Assembly (NCBI GenBank): GCA_041690135.1
Contig: JAWLHY010000001.1
Span: forward strand, 320,001-384,000
Length of the DNA: 64,000 bases
Origin: Armatimonadota bacterium
GTDB taxonomy: Bacteria; Armatimonadota; SYMT01
Direction of reading: 5' to 3'
Program-made: the position numbers and the translations under genes
Shown: piece by piece, positions 28,515-37,986 of the stretch
Position numbering within the stretch: position 1 is the first letter of the stretch
Layout of the letters: the number at the start of each line of letters is the position of its first letter
The notes under the pieces: generated by a model
Told to the model about the DNA's origin: nothing
The model's input: only the letters and a program-made list of their open reading frames with translations
Databases searched by the model: none

Positions 28515-29206
28515 AGGGCCTCCTGCCGTCGCTCCTCCGGCGTGGATAGGCGCAGGTACCGGGGCGCCAGGTCGTGCGGGTCCTCCGCCCGGCCCTCCAG
28601 CAGCGCCTTGCGTCCCAGGGTCGCCACCGTGGCCGCCGCGGGAAGGCGTTCGGTGTGCGGAAGCGTGATCCGGTCGCCCAGCCGCGCGGCCAGCGTGGCG
28701 GCGTGCTCTCCGGGCGTTCCCACCACCAGCGCGTGCGCCCGGTGGTGCGCCAGCCGCTCGATGAGGAGATCCGGGGTGAGCAAGGCCTCCTCGCCGCACG
28801 CTTGCAGGACGCCCTCCACCCACTCATAGAGGCCGGCGAACAGATCCTTTTTCGAGGCGTTGATCGCGGCGCAGATCAGGGTGTCGGGAACGGCCGGCGC
28901 TTCCGCGGCCAGCGCCTCCAGCGTGCTCACTCCCGCCGCTGGAATGGCGAGCGCATAGGCCAGGCTCTTGGCCGCCGTAACGCCGATGCGCAGGCCCGTA
29001 AACGACCCCGGCCCCACCGACACGGCGACGCCCTCCACGTCGCTGGTCTCCACTCCCGCCGTCGCCAGCACCTGCTCCGTTCGCGGCAGCAGGTCCCGCG
29101 ACAGCAACAACCGGTGCCGGAAGCGCACTTCCGCCATCAGCCCCTCGCCGCCCACCACGGCGACACTCGCCAGATCGCCTGACGTTTCAATCCCTAAGAC
29201 AAGCAT
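28499..29206 (-). CDS. tsaB: tRNA threonylcarbamoyladenosine biosynthesis protein TsaB
   Basis: LGIETS, GPGSFTGLRIG, VSTLEALA, L.PRYLR. Confidence 0.96.
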   Translation of the reverse strand: MLVLGIETSGDLASVAVVGGEGLMAEVRFRHRLLLSRDLLPRTEQVLATAGVETSDVEGVAVSVGPGSFTGLRIGVTAAKSLAYALAIPAAGVSTLEALAAEAPAVPDTLICAAINASKKDLFAGLYEWVEGVLQACGEEALLTPDLLIERLAHHRAHALVVGTPGEHAATLAARLGDRITLPHTERLPAAATVATLGRKALLEGRAEDPHDLAPRYLRLSTPEERRQEALCRNS

Positions 29207-29662
29207 TCAGTTCTGCTCAAACTCCGTGAGACGCCTCTCCCACTCCTCACCGTGCGGAACCAGCTCCAGCTCGCGCCGGTCGCCGGGGCCGTATTCCAGC
29301 CGCACCTCCAGGCGCTCCTCCGGCAGGGCCTCCGCAATCCGCTCCGGCCACTCCACCAGCACCACGCCCCGGCCGGCCAGCAGGTCTTCCCAGCCCAAAT
29401 CGATCAGCTCATCCGTGCTGCGGATGCGATACGTATCGAGGTGCCACACGGGCGACCGCCCCTGGTACTCGTGGACCAGGGCGAAGGTGGGGCTGCTCAC
29501 CGGCTCTTCCACCCCCAGGCCGCGGCACAGCCCTTGGGTAAAGGTGGTCTTGCCGGCGCCCATCTCTCCGACCAGCGTCAGCACGTCGCCCGGTCGCAGG
29601 ATACCCCCGATCCGCTCCGCCAGCTTCTGCGTTTCCGCGGCCGACTCCGTGGTCACCCGCAT
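29207..29662 (-). CDS. tsaE: tRNA threonylcarbamoyladenosine biosynthesis ATPase TsaE
   Basis: GEMGAGKTTF, VSSPTF, HLDTYR, VEWPE. Confidence 0.96.
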   Translation of the reverse strand: MRVTTESAAETQKLAERIGGILRPGDVLTLVGEMGAGKTTFTQGLCRGLGVEEPVSSPTFALVHEYQGRSPVWHLDTYRIRSTDELIDLGWEDLLAGRGVVLVEWPERIAEALPEERLEVRLEYGPGDRRELELVPHGEEWERRLTEFEQN

Positions 29663-29744
29663 CGTTCGACTCTCCCCGCCGCTCTCCAGCACCATGCCTC
29701 CCTTGCCATGCCTCCCGACAGTATAGCGGAGTGTTCTCCGCACT

Positions 29745-30056
29745 TCACCCCCGCCGGGAAAGCAGCGCCAGAATTCGCTCCTGCGTCCCGAGAAGCTCAC
29801 GGTGGAACCGGACCTTCTCCGGGTCCGGCGCTCGATCAGAAGGGCGGGCCTTCCGCCCCGGCGTAGGGAGGGCCTGCATCAAGACCTCGCGGAGTTCACG
29901 AAGGGCCTCGCGGTGCTCCGGAGTGAAAGAGTGAAGCTGATCGCCGGTATGCAGGCATTGCCGGAGCTTCTCCAGTTCATCGGCGAGCGGTATGAAGCAG
30001 ATAGCCGCCACGAGCAGGATCCTGAGCCCTGCTTCTCCGACTGGGGTGAGTCGCAT
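29745..30056 (-). CDS. Small hypothetical protein
   Basis: Helical-looking 103-aa ORF co-oriented upstream of tsaE; no recognised motif. Confidence 0.35.
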   Translation of the reverse strand: MRLTPVGEAGLRILLVAAICFIPLADELEKLRQCLHTGDQLHSFTPEHREALRELREVLMQALPTPGRKARPSDRAPDPEKVRFHRELLGTQERILALLSRRG

Positions 30057-30115
30057 TAGCTTTGAGAAGCGACATGACTTGCATGTATTTTGCGCAGAAG
30101 TGCACTGGGGAGAGA

Positions 30116-30201
30116 CTAATCGGCCACAGGCCACCACAATCCTAATCGTAATCCTCGTCCTAATCGGCCACAGGCCTCCTCATCTTAATCGGCCGCAGGC
30201 C
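30116..30201. repeat. Three TAATCGGCC(A/G)CAGGCC units interspersed with TCCTAA-like hexamers
   Basis: Units at ~30117, 30161 and 30186. Confidence 0.75.
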
Positions 30202-30263
30202 CTTCGTTGCCTTGCTCGCGAGCCGAGGGCTTCGTTATACTGGAGCGGAGATTGTCACAACGC

Positions 30264-30755
30264 ATGGACACCACAACCCACCAGATTCTGCACATCCTGG
30301 AGCGCGACGCTCGCACCGCACCCACCGACATCGCCGCGATGGTCGGCGTGGATGAAGACGAGGTGCGCCGCATCATCCGGGAATGCGAAGAGAAGCGGAT
30401 CATCCGCAAGTACAAAACGGTCGTCGATTGGGAGCGCGCCGGTGAGGAGGGCGTGCTGGCCTTTATCGACGTGCGCGTTTCGCCCGCCCGCGAGGTCGGC
30501 TTCGACGACGTGGCGGGTCGCATCTACCGCTATCCGGAAGTGCTTGCCGTGTATCTCGTCTCCGGCGGGTATGACCTGCAGGTGGTGGTCCGCGGCCCCA
30601 ACCTGCAGGAAGTGGCGATGTTCGTGGCTGAGAAGCTGGCCACGATCGACCGCGTCGTTTCTACGACCACGCACTTCCTCCTCCGCCGGTACAAGGAGGA
30701 TGGGGAGATTCTGGTCGAGCAGGAAGAGGACCGGCGGCTGGCGGTCACGCCGTAA
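30264..30755 (+). CDS. Lrp/AsnC family transcriptional regulator
   Basis: IL..LERDAR HTH; YLVSGGYDL; TTTHF.LRRYK. Confidence 0.93.
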   Translation: MDTTTHQILHILERDARTAPTDIAAMVGVDEDEVRRIIRECEEKRIIRKYKTVVDWERAGEEGVLAFIDVRVSPAREVGFDDVAGRIYRYPEVLAVYLVSGGYDLQVVVRGPNLQEVAMFVAEKLATIDRVVSTTTHFLLRRYKEDGEILVEQEEDRRLAVTP

Positions 30756-30842
30756 CGTACGACAATCAGAGTGGGCCGGCGCCCGCGCCCGAGAAGTAGC
30801 GGGTGCGTGGAAGACCGGCGCCGGGCAAAGGGGCACGGGGAC

Positions 30843-32045
30843 ATGGGGCGAAAGTCGCGCATTTCGGAAGTAGTCAACAACATCCCCCCTTCGGGGATTC
30901 GCCGGTTCTTCGACATCGTGTCGCAGATGGAGGACGTGATCTCGCTCGGCGTGGGCGAGCCGGACTTCGTGACGCCCTGGCGCATCCGTGAAGCCGCCAT
31001 CTACAGCATCGAGCGCGGCTACACCCAGTACACCTCCAACTGGGGCCTGCTGGAGCTCCGGCAGGAAGTGGCCCGCCTGCTCGACCGTCGCTACGGCGTG
31101 GAGTACCGGCCCGAAGGGGAGGTGCTCATCACCGTGGGCGTGAGCGAGGGGCTCGACCTGGCGCTCCGGGCGATCCTGAACCCCGGCGATGAGGTATTGA
31201 TTCCCGAGCCCTGCTACGTTTCCTACCGCCCCTGTACCCTGTTCGCGGGCGGGGTGCCCGTGCCGATCGGCAGCACCGCGGAGAACGGGTTCCGGGTGAG
31301 CGTGGATGCCCTGGAAGCGGCGATCACCCCGCGCACGCGCGCCGTCCTGATCAACTTCCCGAATAACCCCACGGGGGCCACCCTGCGCCGCTCCGACCTG
31401 CAGCGCGTCGCCGAACTGGCGGAACGGCACGACCTGATCGTGCTGAGCGACGAGATCTATTCCGAGCTCACCTACGACAGCAAGCACGTCTCGTTCGCGA
31501 GCCTGCCAGGCATGCAGGACCGGACGATCCTCTTCAACGGCTTCTCCAAGGCGTTTGCGATGACCGGCTGGCGGATCGCCTACGCCGCGGGCCCGTCGGA
31601 CCTCATCGGCGCGATGACCAAGATCCACCAGTACACCATGCTGGCTGCGCCGATCATGTCCCAGAAGGCCGCGCTCGAAGCCTGCCGCTCCGGCGAGGGC
31701 GATATGGAGGCGATGGTCCAGCAGTATGACGAGCGCCGCCGGATGTTCGTGAAGGGCCTCAACGAGATCGGCCTCGAGTGTCTCCTGCCCGAGGGGGCTT
31801 TCTACGCGTTCCCCAGCATCCGGAACACCGGCCTCACCTGCGAGGAGTTTGCCGAGCAGTTGCTGCGGGAAGAGCGGGTAGCGGTCGTGCCCGGCACGGC
31901 GTTCGGCGAGGGGGGAGAGGGACACGTCCGCTGCTCATACGCCTCCAGTCTCAACGATCTCCGCGAAGCCCTCACGCGCATGGAGCGCTTCGTCGGGCGA
32001 AGACTGAAAAATAGCCCGGCCGCCACAGCGTCAATATCGGGATAA
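30843..32045 (+). CDS. Class I/II PLP-dependent aminotransferase
   Basis: SGIRRFFD, GVGEPDF, PNNPTG, SDEIY, GFSKAFAMTGWRI. Confidence 0.95.
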   Translation: MGRKSRISEVVNNIPPSGIRRFFDIVSQMEDVISLGVGEPDFVTPWRIREAAIYSIERGYTQYTSNWGLLELRQEVARLLDRRYGVEYRPEGEVLITVGVSEGLDLALRAILNPGDEVLIPEPCYVSYRPCTLFAGGVPVPIGSTAENGFRVSVDALEAAITPRTRAVLINFPNNPTGATLRRSDLQRVAELAERHDLIVLSDEIYSELTYDSKHVSFASLPGMQDRTILFNGFSKAFAMTGWRIAYAAGPSDLIGAMTKIHQYTMLAAPIMSQKAALEACRSGEGDMEAMVQQYDERRRMFVKGLNEIGLECLLPEGAFYAFPSIRNTGLTCEEFAEQLLREERVAVVPGTAFGEGGEGHVRCSYASSLNDLREALTRMERFVGRRLKNSPAATASISG

Positions 32046-32099
32046 CGCGTCCCCGGTCAGGGCACTTGCCGCTCTGCCGGCGCGAAAGGGAAGTGGGAG

Positions 32100-32762
32100 A
32101 TGGGAAAAAAGGGAGCATCGCCGGTCCTGAAGAAGGCTCTTGTTGCCGCGGCCCTGCTGCTCTCGACCCTGCTGCTCTCGACCCTCTCCGCTGTCCCTGC
32201 CGCTGCGGACCAATTGATCCAGATTCCCACGGCGGACCGTTCCGCCGGGATCCGCGCCGAATACCTTCATCGGTTCCAGGGCGAGGACCAGGGGTACGGG
32301 ACGGTACTCGCCCCCCTGGGCCTCGCCTATGAGCTGATGACCCGTTACTACAACGGCCTGGACGGGAGCCACAACTTCGAGGCTGGCGGTCAACTCCAGC
32401 TCCTTCCGGACGGGGTGGTCACGCCGGCAGTGGCGCTCGGGGTGTGGGACCTCACCAACAGCTCGCCCTGGGGCCGCCGAGGCTTTCTGGTATTCACAAA
32501 AGGATTGGAGCAGGGACAACTCGGTTTGCCGCGACCCTTTCGCCGGGCGCAGTTGACCTTCGGTACCGGCACCGGCCGGTTTTCCGGGGTATTCGCCGGA
32601 CTCCGCCTCGACCTGCCCGCCAACATCAGCTTGATTTCCGAGTACGATACCCGCCGCCTGAACGCCGGTTTCGTCATCTCACCCGTTCGAGGCGTCTCCC
32701 TCAAAGCCACCGTCCAGAACGGCGAGCCTTTCTTCGGCGGCGAACTCCGCAAGAGTTTTTAG
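32100..32762 (+). CDS. Secreted hypothetical protein, probable outer-membrane beta-barrel
   Basis: Signal peptide, IPTAD motif, alternating beta-strand pattern, C-terminal Phe. Confidence 0.7.
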   Translation: MGKKGASPVLKKALVAAALLLSTLLLSTLSAVPAAADQLIQIPTADRSAGIRAEYLHRFQGEDQGYGTVLAPLGLAYELMTRYYNGLDGSHNFEAGGQLQLLPDGVVTPAVALGVWDLTNSSPWGRRGFLVFTKGLEQGQLGLPRPFRRAQLTFGTGTGRFSGVFAGLRLDLPANISLISEYDTRRLNAGFVISPVRGVSLKATVQNGEPFFGGELRKSF

Positions 32763-32974
32763 AAATCGATCCGGACTCCCGGCACACGCTGAATCGGGGG
32801 AGTAGTCTCGGACCACGACCGCGAACGTGGTTCTAGCTATGTATTCGGAACCGACGGGGTCCGAGAGGGGAGGCCGGACGATAGTCCGGGTTCGGATGGG
32901 GCGGTCGCAAAGTTTGCCGGACTATCCTCTGGCCTCCCAACGCGCTCTGAAGGTTCCATTGGAGTTCATCAGCA

Positions 32975-34765
32975 ATGAGTAGCGGAGAGGCGGGTATCGG
33001 AGAGCCCTCGCAGCTCTTTGGCACGGGGCGGGAAGGGTTCACCACCCGGCCGGTGATCGCGGGCCGGAAGGGAGTGGTCACGGCCGGGCATTACCTTGCG
33101 GCCACCGCCGGGATGGAAATCCTGCGCGCGGGCGGCAATGCCATCGATGCCGGGGTCGCGATGGGCTTCTGTCTGGCGGTGCTGGAACCCCAGAGCAACG
33201 GGATTGGCGGGGAGTCGCCGATCCTGATCCACCACGCCCAGTCGGGGCGCACGGTTGCCATCAACGGTCAAGGCACAGCCCCCGCGGCCGCCACGATCGA
33301 CTATTTCCGGCAGCGCGGGATCGACCTGATCCCCGGCGATGGGCTCCTCGCCGCCACGGTGCCCAGCCAGGTCTCCAACTGGATCCTGGCCATGGATGAG
33401 TTCGGTACTCTCCCGCTGTCCACCGTGCTTGCGCCCGCCCTCGAGCTGGCCCGCGACGGCTTCCCCATGACCCACGGCCTGCGCCGCTGCATCGCGGCCA
33501 ATGCCCGCCGGTATCGGGAAGAGTGGCCGGGATCCGCCGCAGTCTACCTTCCTGGCGACCGCGTCCCCGAGTGGGGGGATGGTCTGCGGAACCCGGAGTG
33601 GGCCGCAACGTTCGAGGCGTTGGCGCGCGCCGAGCAAGAGGCCGCGGGGCGGGGACGCTCCGCCGGACTGGAGGCGGCCCGGGACATCTTCTACCGTGGA
33701 TTCATCGCCGAACGGATCTCCGCGTTCTGCCGCGACCAGCGGTTCCGCGACGCCTCCGGAGGGGAGAACCCGGGCCTGCTCACCTACGACGACCTGGCGG
33801 GGTTCCGCTCGCATGTGGAGGATCCGGCCACCGTCAACTACCGGGGTCTCGACGTTTACAAGTGCGGACCGTGGAGCCAGGGGCCCGTCTTCCTGCAGCA
33901 GCTCACCCTGCTGGAAGGCTACGACCTCCTCGGATTGGGCCACAACAGCGCCGATTACATCCACACCTGTGTGGAGTGCGCCAAGCTGGCCTTCGCCGAC
34001 CGGGAGTTCTACTACGGGGACCCGCGGTTTGCGGAGGTGCCGCTGGAACGGCTCCTCTCGAAAGAGTACGCGGCGCGGCGCCGGCAGTTAGTGGGGGAGC
34101 GCGCCTCCCTCGCACTGCGTCCCGGCGACGTCGCACCGCGCCCGATGCGGCTGATCCTGGGAGATGAGCGTTCCTACCACGGCGACACCACCCACCTCGA
34201 CGCCATCGACGCGGAAGGGAACATGATCGCCGCCACCCCCAGTGGCGGGTGGATCCCCAGCAACCCGGTCATCCCGGGCCTGGGCTTCCCGCTCGGCACC
34301 CGCGCGCAGATGTTCTCGCTCGATCCCGCGCATCCCAATGCCCTGCAGCCCGGCAAGCGGCCGCGGACGACCCTCACCCCCTCGCTCGTAATGCGGGAGA
34401 GCCAACCCTGGATGGTGTTCGGCACGCCAGGCGGCGACCAGCAGGACCAGTGGACACTGCAGTTCTTCCTGAATGTGGTGGATTTCGGCATGAGTATCCA
34501 GGAAGCCCTGGACGCCCCCACCTTCCACAGTCAGCACTTCCCCAGCAGCTTCTACCCCCGCGCGCAGCACCCGGGCCGCCTGGTGGTGGAGGGCCGTATT
34601 CCCGCTACCGTGCGAGAGGAACTCGCCCGGCGGGGTCACGAAATAGAAGTAACCGGCGATTGGGCCAACGGAAGGGTGCTGGGCATCCGCTTCGATCCGG
34701 CCCGCGGTCTCATCTTTGGCGGCGCCTCACCCCGTCTCGAAACCGGCTACGCCATCGGTTGGTAA
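32975..34765 (+). CDS. ggt: Gamma-glutamyltransferase family protein
   Basis: GGNAIDA, KLAFADRE..YGDP, GDTTHL, PGKRPRTTL, FGTPGGDQQ. Confidence 0.95.
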   Translation: MSSGEAGIGEPSQLFGTGREGFTTRPVIAGRKGVVTAGHYLAATAGMEILRAGGNAIDAGVAMGFCLAVLEPQSNGIGGESPILIHHAQSGRTVAINGQGTAPAAATIDYFRQRGIDLIPGDGLLAATVPSQVSNWILAMDEFGTLPLSTVLAPALELARDGFPMTHGLRRCIAANARRYREEWPGSAAVYLPGDRVPEWGDGLRNPEWAATFEALARAEQEAAGRGRSAGLEAARDIFYRGFIAERISAFCRDQRFRDASGGENPGLLTYDDLAGFRSHVEDPATVNYRGLDVYKCGPWSQGPVFLQQLTLLEGYDLLGLGHNSADYIHTCVECAKLAFADREFYYGDPRFAEVPLERLLSKEYAARRRQLVGERASLALRPGDVAPRPMRLILGDERSYHGDTTHLDAIDAEGNMIAATPSGGWIPSNPVIPGLGFPLGTRAQMFSLDPAHPNALQPGKRPRTTLTPSLVMRESQPWMVFGTPGGDQQDQWTLQFFLNVVDFGMSIQEALDAPTFHSQHFPSSFYPRAQHPGRLVVEGRIPATVREELARRGHEIEVTGDWANGRVLGIRFDPARGLIFGGASPRLETGYAIGW

Positions 34766-34783
34766 TGCATCCCGGGGTATCCT

Positions 34784-35674
34784 ATGCCCACCGAGCAGAT
34801 CCCGATCCTCTTCGATACCGACATCGGCAGCGACATCGATGACGCAGTCGCGCTCGCTTACCTCCTGCGCGAGCCGCGCTGCGAGCTCGTCGGCATTACC
34901 ACGGTGACCGGGCAGCCCCAGGTGCGAGCGCGCCTGGCCGACGCGCTCTGCCGGGCCGCGGGTCGCACCGACGTTCCGATCCACTCCGGCATCGAGCAGC
35001 CGTTCCTGATCGAGCAGCGACAGCAGGAGTCGCCGCAAGGTGCGGTGCTCTCCCGCTGGCCGCATCGCGAAGAGTTTCCGGCGAACACGGCCGTTCCCTT
35101 CATGCAGGAGGTGATCCGGTCCCGACCCGGGGAGATCACGCTGCTCGCGGTGGGACCTTTCACCAATGTGGGCGTGCTGTTCGCGATGGACCCCGAGATC
35201 CCGACCCTGTTGAAACGGCTGGTCGTGATGGGAGGGGTCTACACGACGGCGGTGGCCGGCGCGGCCCGCACCGAATGGAATCTCGGCTGCGACCCGCACG
35301 CCGCAGCCCGAATGTTCCAGGCGCCCGTTCCGGAGACGGTAGCCTTCGGGCTGGACGTCACCCTCCGCTGCTCGCTGGAAGCGGGCGAGTGCCGCGGGCG
35401 CTTTACCGGTCCGCTGCTGGGCCTGGTGGCGGAGATGGCCGAGGTCTGGTTCGCCCGCCGTCCCCGCCTCGTGTTCCACGATCCCCTGGCCGCGGCGGCG
35501 ATCTTCGAACCGGAGCTCTGCACCTATCAGCACGGGACGATCGAGGTGGAACTGCTCAGCCCGCGCGTCGCTGGGATGACGCACTGGCGGCCCGAGCCGG
35601 AGGGCCCTCACCGGATCGCGGTCGATGTGGATGCCCGCCGCTTCTTCGAACGTTACTTCGCGGTTTTCGAGTAA
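34784..35674 (+). CDS. Inosine/uridine-preferring nucleoside hydrolase family protein
   Basis: DTDIGSDIDDAVAL, GP.TN, EWN..CDP.AA, HDPLA. Confidence 0.93.
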   Translation: MPTEQIPILFDTDIGSDIDDAVALAYLLREPRCELVGITTVTGQPQVRARLADALCRAAGRTDVPIHSGIEQPFLIEQRQQESPQGAVLSRWPHREEFPANTAVPFMQEVIRSRPGEITLLAVGPFTNVGVLFAMDPEIPTLLKRLVVMGGVYTTAVAGAARTEWNLGCDPHAAARMFQAPVPETVAFGLDVTLRCSLEAGECRGRFTGPLLGLVAEMAEVWFARRPRLVFHDPLAAAAIFEPELCTYQHGTIEVELLSPRVAGMTHWRPEPEGPHRIAVDVDARRFFERYFAVFE

Positions 35675-35832
35675 GAGTAGGAGCAGGAGTAAGAGTGAGC
35701 GTACGAGTGAGGCCGCCAGGATGCCGGTCCACGACGAACCTGACCACCCGAACACGCGAACCTTCAACCTTCAACCTTGGGCCCCAAAGGGGGGTGCCAA
35801 CCTTCAACTTTCAACCTGCCAACCTTCAACCC
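35669..35832. repeat. Stacked short tandem tracts (hexamer, octamer, heptamer)
   Basis: GAGTAA-like x7 (35669-35710), CCTGACCACCCGAACAC (~35739), ACCTTCA-like tracts (35758-35832). Confidence 0.8.
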
Positions 35833-35875
35833 TGATCTGCATCCGTGTCAACGATCAAGACCGAGAGGAATACCG

Positions 35876-36730
35876 ATGTCCATGAATCCGAATCCCCGCT
35901 TCTCCCGCCGCGACCTGCTGGGGGGAATGGCCACGCTGGCCGGCGGCGCCATGCTCGGCGGCCTGCTCTCCGAAGCCGAAGCGCAGGGAAAGTCCCCGTA
36001 CGGCCCCTTCAAAATGGGTATCCAGAGCTACTCATTGCGCCACTTCAACGTCGATGAGGCGCTCAAGCACACCCAAACGCTCGGACTGAAGTACTGGGAG
36101 GCCTACGGTGGCGCGAAAGGCCACGTGCCGCTGACCACCGAAGCCGCCCAGGTCTCCGCCATGCGCGAGAAGCTGAAGGCCGCGGGGATCAAGCTGGAAG
36201 CCCATGGGGTGAGTGGCTTCGGTAAGGACACCGCCGCGAACCGCCAGGTTTTTGTGGCCGCGAAGATGCTCGGGATCAAGACCCTCAGCGCCGACCCCGC
36301 TCCGGAGGCCTACAGCCAGCTCGACGAGCTCGTGGAAGAGTTCAAAATCAACATCGCCATCCACAACCACGGCCCGGGGCACCGCTACGACAAGCTGGAC
36401 TCGGTGCTCAAGGCGGTGGAAGGCCGGCACCCCCGGTTCGGCGTGTGCGTCGACACCGGTCATTTCCTCCGGTCCAGCGAGAACCCGGTCGAAGTGATCA
36501 AGGCTCTCGGCAAGCGGGTCCATGGTGTCCACCTGAAGGACGTGAAGGACGCCAAAGTCTTCACCGTGCTCGGCAAAGGGGATCTCGACCTCGTCGGCAC
36601 CCTGAAAACGTTGAAGGACCTCAAGTTCAAAGGCGTGATGGCTCTGGAGTACGAAGAGAACCCCCAGAACCCCATGGCCGAAATCGAGGAGTGCCTGGCC
36701 GCGGTCCGTGCAGCGGTGGCGAAGATCTGA
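35876..36730 (+). CDS. Tat-exported sugar phosphate isomerase/epimerase (IolE-like)
   Basis: SRRDLL Tat motif; IAIHNHG, DTGHF, HLKDV, LEYE. Confidence 0.9.
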   Translation: MSMNPNPRFSRRDLLGGMATLAGGAMLGGLLSEAEAQGKSPYGPFKMGIQSYSLRHFNVDEALKHTQTLGLKYWEAYGGAKGHVPLTTEAAQVSAMREKLKAAGIKLEAHGVSGFGKDTAANRQVFVAAKMLGIKTLSADPAPEAYSQLDELVEEFKINIAIHNHGPGHRYDKLDSVLKAVEGRHPRFGVCVDTGHFLRSSENPVEVIKALGKRVHGVHLKDVKDAKVFTVLGKGDLDLVGTLKTLKDLKFKGVMALEYEENPQNPMAEIEECLAAVRAAVAKI

Positions 36731-37125
36731 TAGCGAGCGGACGGGTCCGAGAACCGCGAGGTGTCCCCTCATCTCGCGCTCATTTTGAAATCCCGGTGGG
36801 GCGGTGCGAGACTTCTCGCACCGCCCCACGCGTTTTCGAGGACGTGATCCGCTGCTTGCGAGAACCGGCCCCTCGCTGTACCGGGCGAGGGCCGGTTCCC
36901 AAGTCTTGCAAAAAAACAGCAAGCCTCAATCGAATCGCCCTAAATCTATTCGCATGATGTGCGCATTGTCACATGACAACAAGCGGGCCCCTCAACCTTC
37001 GGCCAACATACACCTGCCACCCGAACCACCAACCGGGGAACCCACCGTAGGGTCTCGGTGAGAACGATGCAGCGTGTGGATGCTGGTCGGGTAGCGTACT
37101 CATTCTGCTATAGGAGACGAACCAA

Positions 37126-37836
37126 ATGAAAAAGGCTCTGGGTCGGGGTTTCACCCTGATCGAGTTGCTCGTCGTGATTGCGATTATCGCTATCCTCGCC
37201 GCCATCCTCTTCCCCGTCTTCGCCCGTGCCCGCGAGGCCGCCCGCAAGTCGAGCTGCCAGAGTAATCTGAAGCAGATCGGCACCGCCTTCGCCATGTACG
37301 TCCAGGACTATGACCAGGCCTATCCGCACTTCGGCGGTGGAGACTTCCCGATCACCACCAACCCCCGAAGGCACTGGCCATCCGCCGTATTCCCGTACAT
37401 CAAGAACCGCCAGGTGTATAAGTGCCCCAGCGATATCTGGCGGAATGCCGCAGTCAGCTACAATGGCAATAACTATATGAGCTTCCGGGTGGAGTCGAGC
37501 ATTGAGTTTCCCGCCGAAGTTGTGCTCGCCATGGACGGATATTCCGGCCGCGGCGGTCAGCGGGATCCAAACAATGCAACTTATGACTTCGGGCTCAACT
37601 CCGACTACACCATTTGGGACTCTACCTCCCGCGCTACGAATCGCGCTGACGGCCTTCCTCGCCACAGCGACACGAACAACGTGCTCTACACCGATGGCCA
37701 CGTAAAGAGTACTCCGCAGCTCAAGCAGTGGGGGGCAGGTAACGACGCGGGTGCCCGTGCTGCGCTCCAAGGCGCCCTGCCGTATCGCAAGCACATCTTC
37801 CCGCCGAACTCTTCCGGCCGGACACAATGGAATTAA
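37126..37836 (+). CDS. Prepilin-type N-terminal cleavage / DUF1559 protein with H-X9-DG motif
   Basis: [41 protein letters not shown]; RH....[10 protein letters not shown]. Confidence 0.95.
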   Translation: MKKALGRGFTLIELLVVIAIIAILAAILFPVFARAREAARKSSCQSNLKQIGTAFAMYVQDYDQAYPHFGGGDFPITTNPRRHWPSAVFPYIKNRQVYKCPSDIWRNAAVSYNGNNYMSFRVESSIEFPAEVVLAMDGYSGRGGQRDPNNATYDFGLNSDYTIWDSTSRATNRADGLPRHSDTNNVLYTDGHVKSTPQLKQWGAGNDAGARAALQGALPYRKHIFPPNSSGRTQWN

Positions 37837-37910
37837 GGGTGGCCCCTTCGTCAGCTGGCCAGGCATCGGCAGTGCCTGGAAAACCGGGAACTGTCGCGTG
37901 ATCCGGCTCC

Positions 37911-37936
37911 CGCCCCCGGTTCTACCGGGGGCGTTT
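37911..37936 (+). terminator. Terminator hairpin
   Basis: CGCCCCCGGT-tct-ACCGGGGGCG-TTT. Confidence 0.6.
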
Positions 37937-37986
37937 ACTCATTCCAACACACGGCTGCCTTGTAGTGGCTGACCGTGAGTCGCATA

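Noticed and set aside
32797-32940. yybP-ykoY (Mn) riboswitch suggested by GGGGAGTAG
   Set aside because: The other conserved elements were not recognised and the downstream gene is ggt; kept only as a motif-plus-hairpin observation.
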